Shown here piece by piece: positions 24,315-32,641 of a DNA stretch of 37,048 bases. Position 1 is the stretch's first letter. The number at the start of each line of letters is the position of its first letter. The position numbers and the translations under genes are program-made. Below the pieces are notes generated by a model. It was given only the letters and a program-made list of their open reading frames with translations, was not told the DNA's origin and did no database searches. The stretch comes from Candidatus Thorarchaeota archaeon (lineage in GTDB: Archaea > Asgardarchaeota > Thorarchaeia > Thorarchaeales > Thorarchaeaceae): positions 1 to 37,048 of the forward strand of contig DAOWDY010000212.1 in NCBI GenBank assembly GCA_030638785.1, in the 5' to 3' direction.

Positions 24315-25274
24315 ATGGATGAACTCGATAAGACCCTTCTTCTGAAGCTCCTCAGGAATTGCAGAGCCTCCTACAGGCAACTTGCAAGAGAACTAGGAGT
24401 TAGCTGTCCGACCATAAAGAGACGGGTAGATCACTTGGTTGAGGCAGGAGTCATCGAAGCCTTTATTGTGGACATCTCGCAAGAGACTTTGGGGGTTAGC
24501 TGGGCTTATGCTGAGATCACATCTGATCTATCAGAGGACAGAGCTCGTCTGATTCAGGAGATCTCAAGCAATAGTTCAACCAACGAGACCTTCGCAGTAG
24601 GCTCCAAGAGTTACATCTCATTTGCTGAAGTTTCCCCGGGTGGTGTCTATGAGTATGGAAAGTACCTGAGAGGTCTGACTGGTGTAAGTCAAGTAGACCT
24701 CGTTCAAGCACGACAAATACCAACCCAAATGCTGTCTAATCAATGCAAATACTCTACTCGAGGAAAGAAGGTTGAGTTCAGCACTCAACAGAAGACAATT
24801 CTACGTCATCTTATGGATGATGCACGTATCTCAATCCTTAATCTCTCAGCCAGGACAGGATTCAAACCAAAGCGTATCAGAAGACTCCTCAGGGAACTAG
24901 AAGCAAGTGAAGGTGTTCATTTCACTATTCGATTCAATCCATCTGTTGAGTCTTCTATAAGCTTCATTCTCAAGATTGGGTTCGATGAGACCCAGATCAC
25001 TCCAGGCGAGATAGCCACCTGGCTTGAGAACGAATTCCCCCAAGAATACTGGATGTCATTCCTGCTTCTCAATGGGCCTGTGATGATCAACTACATGACA
25101 AGCGACAATCTTCCAAAGATCGAGGTGCTCCTCAGGAAAATGTTGGAGATTCCTTTCATTCGAGATGTTGAAACCATCTTGATCTATCACATACAGAAGC
25201 CTGCATCAAACGGCTCTGATTTAACAGAAGAAGCTGCGGCTGCTTCCGCAGCTGCGGTACCTGTTACTGCATAG
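24315..25274 (+). CDS. Tandem-Lrp/AsnC-like protein, paralog D
   Basis: MDELDKTLLLKLLRNCRASYRQLARELGVSCPTIKRRVDHLVEAGVIEAF plus a second HTH KTILRHLMDDARISILNLSARTGFKPKRIRRLLRELE. GAGGGA Shine-Dalgarno 8 nt upstream. Ala-rich C-terminal tail. Confidence 0.8.
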   Translation: MDELDKTLLLKLLRNCRASYRQLARELGVSCPTIKRRVDHLVEAGVIEAFIVDISQETLGVSWAYAEITSDLSEDRARLIQEISSNSSTNETFAVGSKSYISFAEVSPGGVYEYGKYLRGLTGVSQVDLVQARQIPTQMLSNQCKYSTRGKKVEFSTQQKTILRHLMDDARISILNLSARTGFKPKRIRRLLRELEASEGVHFTIRFNPSVESSISFILKIGFDETQITPGEIATWLENEFPQEYWMSFLLLNGPVMINYMTSDNLPKIEVLLRKMLEIPFIRDVETILIYHIQKPASNGSDLTEEAAAASAAAVPVTA

Positions 25275-25500
25275 CAGAACTTGTCATATCTACTGTTTGT
25301 TGCTACACTTCGTGGATCTTTTATTGTAATATTGTGAGGTGTGACTTTTTGTGATTTCTCTGATTTTTCATGTAATGCCACTGACCAAAGTGGAAATAGC
25401 CAAGTATGTACTTTCACCCCAAATTGTCCGTTTTGTAAAGCTGCCGCGTTACACTTCCGCCCAAGGACCATTCACTTTCTCCTGTATGGAAGGGAGCTTC

Positions 25501-25519
25501 CTAACGCGATTCTATATTC
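25501..25519 (+). promoter_or_regulatory. Conserved TATA-like box (copy 3), abutted by the palindrome GGAAG-GGAG-CTTCC
   Basis: CTAACGCGATTCTATATTC resembles the boxes at 5574 and 6294. The palindrome spans 25488-25501. Confidence 0.35.
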
Positions 25520-25583
25520 ATTCTGTACATGATATTAACTAAGCCATCCTTGAGGTAAACTCGGGGTGGGATGTGGTGAAAAT

Positions 25584-25841
25584 ATGAATAAGAGAAAGAC
25601 TCGGATGATTGCAGGAAGCCTTGCCTTCTGCTTCGTTGTTTGTGCCCTTTCGGTGGGTATCCTGGCCTTCATGGCTCATGGTGCAACACCCAGTGTCTAT
25701 GCAGATCCTGATGTCAATGATTATCGAATCAACGAACCACAGGTTCATGCAGACCCCGATGCCCTCGATTACAAGACAAACACTCCAGCAGTATGGGCTG
25801 ATCCTGGTGCATTAGCTTTCAGGCTAATAACCACGGATTAA
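25584..25841 (+). CDS. Small membrane-anchored acidic protein (paralog P3) with an internal 16-aa tandem repeat
   Basis: 85 aa: MNKRKTRMIAGSLAFCFVVCALSVGILAF, then ADPDVNDYRINEPQVH / ADPDALDYKTNTPAVW / ADPGALAF.... GGTGA Shine-Dalgarno 5 nt upstream. Confidence 0.6.
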   Translation: MNKRKTRMIAGSLAFCFVVCALSVGILAFMAHGATPSVYADPDVNDYRINEPQVHADPDALDYKTNTPAVWADPGALAFRLITTD

Positions 25842-25860
25842 ATGCGTCAGAATCTATTAG

Positions 25861-25897
25861 CCTAGCGTCATGGTTTCCGTGGCGCTAGGTCCTTTTT
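25861..25897 (+). terminator. Hairpin plus T-tract downstream of P3
   Basis: CCTAGCG (25861-25867) and CGCTAGG (25883-25889), followed by TCCTTTTT. Confidence 0.5.
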
Positions 25898-25934
25898 CAT
25901 ATCAAATTTCCACGGAATAAGAGTGGTGTAAACT

Positions 25935-26927
25935 ATGGATTGGTTGGATAAAAAGATCGTAACACGACTGCTCGGGAATTGTCGAGAGTCCTATAGAAGC
26001 ATTGCAAGAGAATTTGATGTAACCTGCCCCACAATCAAGAAGAGAGTAGATCGACTTCGTCAGTGGGGTGTGATTCAGCGATTCTCTGCAGAACTGTCAC
26101 AAGAGGCTCTTGGTGTCGACTGGGTCTTGGCTGATCTCCGTACAAGTACGAACAATGGCAGAGCGAAAATCCTTCAGCAATTTGCTGACAATGAGTGTGT
26201 TGGAGAAGTGTTCATGCTTGGAGGAGGACGTTACTATGTCTTTGCAGAGGTGTGCCCCAGTGAGCGAAAGGAACTCCTATCCTGCATCCGTCAGCTTGAT
26301 GATGTAAAATCAGTTGACATTTCAGATATCATGCCGATCCGTAATGGTGTTATAAATGGCGATTGCCGATTTACCACTCGAGGCAGCAATATCAAGCTTA
26401 CCAAGAACCAGACGACGATACTCAGGTTCCTCACCTCAAATGCTCGAATGCCTGTGAATCAGATCTCTGAATTGACTGGTTTCAGTGCAAAATTCATTCG
26501 TCGTGTGATTCGAGACTTCATCGAGTGCGACGCAGTGAACCTGACTCTGCGTTTGAACCTACCCTCATCAGGGAGAATCAACTTCATCCTTAAGTACCGT
26601 CTAAACGAAGAAACCACTGGTCCTGTGGATGCTACTGAGTTGATAACAGATATCTATCCTGAAGAACACTGGTTTACGTTCTTTGACCCTGATGCAGAAG
26701 ACATGCTCCATTACATGACTGCGAAGAGCATTACAGATGTTGAACACATCTTCCAGGAAATCAATCAGCTTCCCTACTCGGAGGGTGTGGAGGCTAACAT
26801 AATCTACAGTACAATGAAGTCAGAGGGTAGGACTAGATCGTTCCTTCAAGACATCTCAAAAAAAGTGAACTCGGAATCAAAGGGGCTTCCCCTAGTGATG
26901 GATAATCGAGTTTCAGTGTCATATTGA
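25935..26927 (+). CDS. Tandem-Lrp/AsnC-like protein, paralog E
   Basis: MDWLDKKIVTRLLGNCRESYRSIAREFDVTCPTIKKRVDRLRQWGVIQRF plus a second HTH TTILRFLTSNARMPVNQISELTGFSAKFIRRVIRDFIE. GTGGTG Shine-Dalgarno. Closest to paralog A. Confidence 0.8.
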   Translation: MDWLDKKIVTRLLGNCRESYRSIAREFDVTCPTIKKRVDRLRQWGVIQRFSAELSQEALGVDWVLADLRTSTNNGRAKILQQFADNECVGEVFMLGGGRYYVFAEVCPSERKELLSCIRQLDDVKSVDISDIMPIRNGVINGDCRFTTRGSNIKLTKNQTTILRFLTSNARMPVNQISELTGFSAKFIRRVIRDFIECDAVNLTLRLNLPSSGRINFILKYRLNEETTGPVDATELITDIYPEEHWFTFFDPDAEDMLHYMTAKSITDVEHIFQEINQLPYSEGVEANIIYSTMKSEGRTRSFLQDISKKVNSESKGLPLVMDNRVSVSY

Positions 26928-26936
26928 TTGATTCGG

Positions 26937-26967
26937 GATTCAGCGCAATGCGTTGAATCTCATTTTT
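26937..26967 (+). terminator. Strong hairpin plus T-tract between tandem-Lrp E and the C25 peptidase gene (terminator/attenuator candidate)
   Basis: GATTCAGCGC-AAT-GCGTTGAATC (10-bp stem including one G-T pair), followed by TCATTTTTC. It starts 10 nt after the stop of E. Confidence 0.45.
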
Positions 26968-27053
26968 CTGTTTCCAAACCATCGATGATTAGATTTTTTA
27001 GGAAGCATGGAGCATCTTCGCAGCTAGCTGTACGGCTAGGTGTTGCGTGGGAA

Positions 27054-30000
27054 ATGAATCTACGAAAATCAGTATCATCGAAATCAGTTCTGAAAATGGT
27101 TGCTCTGTTTGTTACAGTGATATTATTCACGCAATCGGTCGCAATAATTGAGGGTGTGATTTCACCTTCAAACAGCGAATCAAGAGAAGAAGTCAGAAGA
27201 CCAACAACAAAGTACGAATCTTCTTTTGATGTCACACCCGTACCAGTAGCTGAAAGTCCAGATTGGATTTCATTCGATGATAATAGTACGGACCCTGGAA
27301 CACCAGCAGAGGCACATGTGACTCTTACCGATACCTTGGGATTAAGAGTTGTCGCCGATTTCTATGGATTTTGGGATAGGAATATCACTCTGAATAATGA
27401 AACATTCTTGTACGATCGACCAGAAATTCCTGGTGCAAGTTATATGACAATATCTGGCAAACCGGAGTTACCTAGATTTACACAGATAGTAGAAGTTCCA
27501 CATGATGTCTGGATAACAGTTGACGTACTGCAGAATACATCCGCTCTGATTTCAAATTTTAATATTACTCCAGCTCAACCCCCTTCTATAGCAATTTGGA
27601 ATCCTGGTATAGACATGAATTTTACTGATGTAGTTGATGAGATAGGGAATGACAGTGCCTTTTACCCAGACTACGCAGTGACTCTTGAAGGTTGGAATGC
27701 GACAGAACCTCAAGTAATGAGAGGCAGAAGACTCCTCTTGGTCAGTTTCTATCCGTTTCAATACAATCCCTTTAACAATACTCTAAAGGTACACTCACGC
27801 ATTGAAGTAGACATTAATTACAGTTTTCCTGCACAAATAGAAGCTGCAAATTCTTCATTGCACTCACTAGAATTTGAAAAAATCTTTATTAATAAGTTAT
27901 TGAACCCTAAAACCTGGGAGCCCCAATCGTATGCAGAATGTGGACCACCAACTCCCTTCGTAACTGCAGAGGATGTATATCCTTCATTTCCTGAATCAGG
28001 AGCAGAATATCTAATTATCGTCGAAGATGCTTTCAAACCTGCTGCTGACAGACTAGCTGAATGGAAGACACGGAAAGGAGTTCCTGCAGCAGTTTTCACA
28101 ACAACAGAAGCTCGTGCTTATGCTAGTGATTATTCTAGGTTTGATACAATTGAAGGTTTCATTTCAACTATATATAAAAAATGGGCGAAGGTGCCAGAAT
28201 ATATACTCCTATTCGGAGATTCAGAACATATTCCAGCAATCTATGAAACGAAACATCCTGATGGGTTCTTTAACGTCAAAGGTAAAAAGTATTCAGCTGA
28301 TGATAGGGAGGTAGCCACAGATCTTCATTACTTTACAATGGAAGGGAGAAAAGATCTTTTTCCTGATTTCTTCTATAGTCGTATTTCTGTCAACACACTC
28401 GAAGAGGCAGACAACGTTGTAAACAAAATTCTGGAATATGAGAAATTTCCTCCTGAAAACCAGAATGATGATTTCTTCAATGACATCCTCGCAACCTCAT
28501 TCTTTGAAGATGGTGAAGAACCCTATGCCTATGAAGATAGGGGTTCAGGTTTTTTGACTTACATTGACGAAATTAGAGAATATCTAGACAGCGTGACAAA
28601 CTACCAACTCCATCTGAACTACACTACCAACTCCCCTGTGGCAGATGATCCTCAAGTTATTTTGAAAGGCATTCATGGCAATGTTATTCCATATAATCTT
28701 GAAGATTACCCTAATTTCAAATGGATGCAATGGGACGATCTAGATGGTGCATTATCAAATATAACTGCAAACATTGATGAAGGTAGATTCTTTGTCATCA
28801 GCTTCGATCATGGTTCTTCAGAAAATATGTATCGAATGGATTTAGGACGTTTTGAATCATTTGATGGATGGGCTGTTCCGCGGTTCAATACGACGTCTGT
28901 TGAACTGTTGCAAAATGATAAACTCTTTCCATTTGTGTTTAGTGCAGCATGTAATGTAGGATGGTTTGATGGAGAAACAGACCAAGATAATGCTAGACGT
29001 CAGGATTCCGTGTACACAAACAACAATGAATCTCTCTCAGAGATACTCTTAAGGAAATCCGATGGTGGTGCAATCGCTACTATTGGTGCAACAAGGCTTA
29101 GTTATAATCTATTGTCATTCTATTTACTGGAGGGTATAATCCAATCATTTTGGCCCAGCTCCCTTGAACCAAATAATCAACCATTATATGAATTTGGGGC
29201 AGCGCTTCAACAAGGAAGATTACATTTACTCACACGAAGAGAGAATGATGCCATTCGACAGGTATCCTTAGAGATGTATCATTTGTTTGGTGATCCTGAA
29301 ACTTCTCTTTGGACTGATGTGCCAGCGGAATTCTCAGTTCATTTTCCTGCAACAATTGGAAGAACGAGTGCTCAAAGTTTTGGTTTTACAGTACGCGATG
29401 GAGAAAATCTAGTTCCTAATGCTAGAGTATGCATACAGCAAGGCACACAAATTTACAAGGTTCAGTATACAAATGAAAAGGGAGAAATCTATTTTGACAT
29501 TCCGGACATTTCCATTGGACCAATGAACGTCACAATTACTAAACATAACTTTAGGCCTAACATATCAATTGTTCTCGTTGATAATAGCGCTCCCTTTGAA
29601 GCGGGGCAAAATCAAGGATTCGATTTAAGTGAGGTTGCCGCAGGACCAGATCCATATATCTACAGCCAGTGGGATCCTCTTACATGGCATCTTGGTGGAC
29701 AGATAAAAACCTACGACAATCCTTGCATAGAAATTTACAGCATTACAACAGATACACAGACCACATCCATTACCACAACAACAGCTGTAAATTCCTACAA
29801 TTTGCACGAAGGTCAAGATTATCTAATTAGAGTAAAGATATTGAATGGTGGAACAATGAATGCAGTAAACATAGCAGTCAACCTAAGCTATGCATACTTT
29901 GGAGCAGGTCAATCTTGGACTGAGATAGATACCAAACTCATAAACGTGACTCAGTCTGGTGACCCATTAATTCCATCTACTCATGGACAGACGTATGTAG

Positions 30001-30524
30001 AATTTCAATGGATTTCAACTATTGAGGGAACGGCATGTTTTCGGGTGGGTATTGATCTAGATTCCGACATCAACTTTGCGAATAATTATGGACAAGAGAG
30101 TGCATATCAAAACAAATCAAGTTCTCTATCGACCGTAGGTTTCCTTATGGGAAATCCAACTCAATACGTGAGATATCCATTTATTGAACTTCGACAAGCT
30201 TGTCGAGCTGTTCCTATTATGAGTGCATCAGTAGTAGGATATTATTCCCGAGTTCTTACCACTGAAGAGTTCGACCCACTAGGTTTTCTTGGTGACTTTA
30301 CAGATATAGTAGATATTAATGAGTCGCGAATATTCATTGTTGAAGTGTTTTACAATGGAGAGCTTGTTGGCGGATTTGAGATAAACGCTACAAGAATCGA
30401 GGAACCTGTTGAACCAACCTCAAATGGTGGGCTCACACCAGAACAAATCCTTTTAATTATCGCAGGAGCTGCAGGAGCTGTGATTGTGATCGTCATAGTG
30501 ATAATTAAATATAAAAAGAAATAG
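27054..30524 (+). CDS. Peptidase C25 (gingipain-like, clan CD) surface protein with signal peptide, C-terminal beta-rich domains and TM anchor
   Basis: FVISFDHGSSENMY (His, codon 28809-28811) and FPFVFSAACNVGWFDG (Cys, codon 28950-28952), then GGAIATIGATR and HLFGDPETSLWT, all parallel to gingipain motifs (GHGSE / VACVNGDF / FGDPSL). N-terminus MNLRKSVSSKSVLKMVALFVTVILF; C-terminal helix ILLIIAGAAGAVIVIVIVII plus KYKKK. Many N-x-S/T sequons. The ORF is open from 26928, and ATG 27054 was chosen for its signal-peptide-like N-terminus. Confidence 0.85.
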   Translation: MNLRKSVSSKSVLKMVALFVTVILFTQSVAIIEGVISPSNSESREEVRRPTTKYESSFDVTPVPVAESPDWISFDDNSTDPGTPAEAHVTLTDTLGLRVVADFYGFWDRNITLNNETFLYDRPEIPGASYMTISGKPELPRFTQIVEVPHDVWITVDVLQNTSALISNFNITPAQPPSIAIWNPGIDMNFTDVVDEIGNDSAFYPDYAVTLEGWNATEPQVMRGRRLLLVSFYPFQYNPFNNTLKVHSRIEVDINYSFPAQIEAANSSLHSLEFEKIFINKLLNPKTWEPQSYAECGPPTPFVTAEDVYPSFPESGAEYLIIVEDAFKPAADRLAEWKTRKGVPAAVFTTTEARAYASDYSRFDTIEGFISTIYKKWAKVPEYILLFGDSEHIPAIYETKHPDGFFNVKGKKYSADDREVATDLHYFTMEGRKDLFPDFFYSRISVNTLEEADNVVNKILEYEKFPPENQNDDFFNDILATSFFEDGEEPYAYEDRGSGFLTYIDEIREYLDSVTNYQLHLNYTTNSPVADDPQVILKGIHGNVIPYNLEDYPNFKWMQWDDLDGALSNITANIDEGRFFVISFDHGSSENMYRMDLGRFESFDGWAVPRFNTTSVELLQNDKLFPFVFSAACNVGWFDGETDQDNARRQDSVYTNNNESLSEILLRKSDGGAIATIGATRLSYNLLSFYLLEGIIQSFWPSSLEPNNQPLYEFGAALQQGRLHLLTRRENDAIRQVSLEMYHLFGDPETSLWTDVPAEFSVHFPATIGRTSAQSFGFTVRDGENLVPNARVCIQQGTQIYKVQYTNEKGEIYFDIPDISIGPMNVTITKHNFRPNISIVLVDNSAPFEAGQNQGFDLSEVAAGPDPYIYSQWDPLTWHLGGQIKTYDNPCIEIYSITTDTQTTSITTTTAVNSYNLHEGQDYLIRVKILNGGTMNAVNIAVNLSYAYFGAGQSWTEIDTKLINVTQSGDPLIPSTHGQTYVEFQWISTIEGTACFRVGIDLDSDINFANNYGQESAYQNKSSSLSTVGFLMGNPTQYVRYPFIELRQACRAVPIMSASVVGYYSRVLTTEEFDPLGFLGDFTDIVDINESRIFIVEVFYNGELVGGFEINATRIEEPVEPTSNGGLTPEQILLIIAGAAGAVIVIVIVIIKYKKK

Positions 30525-30562
30525 AAAGTAAAAAGGTAAGCTGGAATTATTATTGTGTATAT

Positions 30563-30584
30563 GCACTTTTTAGTGCTGTTTTTA
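30563..30584 (+). terminator. Short hairpin plus T5 after the C25 gene
   Basis: GCACT-TTTT-AGTGC followed by TGTTTTTA. The TTTTATAG that follows may double as a TATA box for the next gene. Confidence 0.35.
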
Positions 30585-30636
30585 TAGCATGAAGATTTCA
30601 CATGAAGGTTGATTCATATAATCAGGAGGAACATGA

Positions 30637-31047
30637 ATGCCCTACAATTATACTACAAAATATCAAAATGCGTTGCTGGCTATTATTAGAATATGCCAAA
30701 GAAACGACAAAAAGCGAGAAGCTATAAGGGATACAGCAGACGTGAATAATGCTCCGCCTAATGTCGGAAGAAACAAGTTCTGGAAGGAACTATTAAAGAC
30801 AGACAATAATGAGGCTGCATGGTTAATGGTCAAATGGATGAAAAGTCTGGACACCCAAGCTAAAATTGATGAATTCAAGATAGCGAGAGGGGATATATTA
30901 GAAGACCTACTTTATAATTTTGCTCAGCAAAATATAGAGGACATATGCCCACCAAAAGCAGGGGAAAAGGTATCGCTTAGTGATGAATTAATGGATCTAT
31001 TAGCACTAGGACTTGGACCATGGCCGAAAGGTAATGGAGAATGGTAA
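30637..31047 (+). CDS. Hypothetical protein
   Basis: 136 aa. AGGAGG Shine-Dalgarno ~7 nt upstream and a TATA-like TTTTATAG ~50 nt upstream. No recognisable domain. Confidence 0.55.
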   Translation: MPYNYTTKYQNALLAIIRICQRNDKKREAIRDTADVNNAPPNVGRNKFWKELLKTDNNEAAWLMVKWMKSLDTQAKIDEFKIARGDILEDLLYNFAQQNIEDICPPKAGEKVSLSDELMDLLALGLGPWPKGNGEW

Positions 31048-31084
31048 TCAGGTCAAAAATGAATCGATCTAAAAACCCACTCCA

Positions 31085-32575
31085 CTACTGACTCTTTAGA
31101 ATCGCATCAAGAGTTGAATCTAGGAATGGAAGATTGAATTCTCGAGAGAGCGTTCTAATCGCATCTACGGAAGCTCGTAAGGAGTCATCATCATTTATTG
31201 CAAGCGCCATTCTAGCCCTAAGAATGTGAGAAAGACCAAGAATTCCCGGAAGATCATCCGATTTTGCTCTTTCCTCAAGAAGTGTCAACCAAGGTAGTGA
31301 ACCATCACTAGTTACCGTATCTGCCTTTCGACAAGCCTGAAATACATCAATTCGTGCTAGATAATACAGAAATATCAAAGCGTTTTCTATTGCAGATTTA
31401 CCCTCATATAAATCCAAAGCATTTCTGATGTTACTTGTTGCTGAATCAAGATTCCCTTCATCCAAATCTATGACACCCGTGACAAAATACAACCAAGCTA
31501 AGAGAACTTCCAATCCAGATTTCATAACATCTTCATGAATGGTGTCAATCAAAACACGGGCTTCGGTCTTTCGCCCTAAAAGGATAAGAGACCATGCTTG
31601 ATTTAATATCGCGCGTGGATATTGAGAGGGATTACTATCAAAATCTACCTCAGCATATCTTGCCCACTCTAATCCAGCATTGGGATCTCCAATCGCAATG
31701 TATACTGTAGACAACAAGATTGCCTGCGAACTTCTTGGAAGATCCATAGATTCACGAATCCTAATCGATTCTAAGGTTCGTTTAATAGCTTGATCATATT
31801 CACCTCTGGTTGCGTAAAGTCTTGCAAGATAGAGCAATGTTGATGCAATTCCTGCTTTATTCCCTAAGGAGTTCATGACTTCATACGCTCTTAGAAGTGA
31901 ATCTCTTGCCTCTATTATGCTTGAGCTTCGTAGGTAGTCTGATTTTATTCTTAAGTGCCATGCTAATCTGACTAGGTCATCATGATTCTCAGCACTCCTT
32001 ATTGCTTGATTCGTAGATCGGATTTTTACTTCCAAGTCACCATCTCTAGCAGCTCTCTCTCGATAACAATCGAACAAAATGTTCTCGAAAAACTCGAATT
32101 CGGAAGAGCTTTGAATCAACTCCTCTAACTTCTCAAGATTATTTGTATCATAGAGAGTCTTTGGATATTGGAGTAAGTCAGCCTCGAATTTGAGGAACCG
32201 CATCTCGATAGCCAGCCAATCAGGAGGATCTGTCGCAAGAACTTGATTTGCAGATTCGTGTACTTTCTCTAAATCTTCAAGATTCCCTTGATGGACACTA
32301 GCATAGAACAGATTGGGACGAAGAATTGGGAGTTTCCCATACTTTTTCCCAATGGCTTCAATACTTTCCATATCCAATAGAAGGGCAGAGTGATGGATTG
32401 CAAAATAGATTGCTAAATCTGGAACTTCTTCATCTAGTACTTGATTATTCAAACGTATGACAAAATCCTGATAATTCTCAGCTTCATCCATAATCGACTG
32501 CATGATGTCACGTGATTCGTCATCCAAGAAGGGGAAGTACATAGTAATAGTCCCAATTGAATCCAGCAAGTCCAA
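31085..32575 (-). CDS. TPR-like alpha-solenoid protein, tandem paralog T1
   Basis: 496 aa, all-helical. TPR-like units (e.g. LLYLARLYATRGEYDQAIKRTLESIRI, WARYAEVDF...) and a conserved N-terminal module GTITMYFPFLD...IYFAIHHS...ILRPNLFYASVHQG shared with T2. Non-ATG start (TTG 32575, or TTG 32569). Confidence 0.75.
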   Translation of the reverse strand: MDLLDSIGTITMYFPFLDDESRDIMQSIMDEAENYQDFVIRLNNQVLDEEVPDLAIYFAIHHSALLLDMESIEAIGKKYGKLPILRPNLFYASVHQGNLEDLEKVHESANQVLATDPPDWLAIEMRFLKFEADLLQYPKTLYDTNNLEKLEELIQSSSEFEFFENILFDCYRERAARDGDLEVKIRSTNQAIRSAENHDDLVRLAWHLRIKSDYLRSSSIIEARDSLLRAYEVMNSLGNKAGIASTLLYLARLYATRGEYDQAIKRTLESIRIRESMDLPRSSQAILLSTVYIAIGDPNAGLEWARYAEVDFDSNPSQYPRAILNQAWSLILLGRKTEARVLIDTIHEDVMKSGLEVLLAWLYFVTGVIDLDEGNLDSATSNIRNALDLYEGKSAIENALIFLYYLARIDVFQACRKADTVTSDGSLPWLTLLEERAKSDDLPGILGLSHILRARMALAINDDDSLRASVDAIRTLSREFNLPFLDSTLDAILKSQ

Positions 32576-32641
32576 CCTCCCAAATGATATCTACAACATT
32601 ATCTTTCAGGAGTATTGAATGATGAGTCTTTCGTTATGCTT

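Noticed and set aside
25187-25542. ORFs 25341-25532, 25351-25542 (plus strand) and 25187-25471 (minus strand) between paralog D and P3
   Set aside because: They have a GTG start without a properly spaced Shine-Dalgarno motif, they run through T-tract terminator-like sequence and the conserved promoter block, and they have no paralogs at the other peptide loci.
30425-30524. PGF-CTERM/archaeosortase A sorting signal on the C25 peptidase
   Set aside because: The canonical Pro-Gly-Phe motif is absent before the helix. Only the generic helix-plus-basic-tail layout is present.
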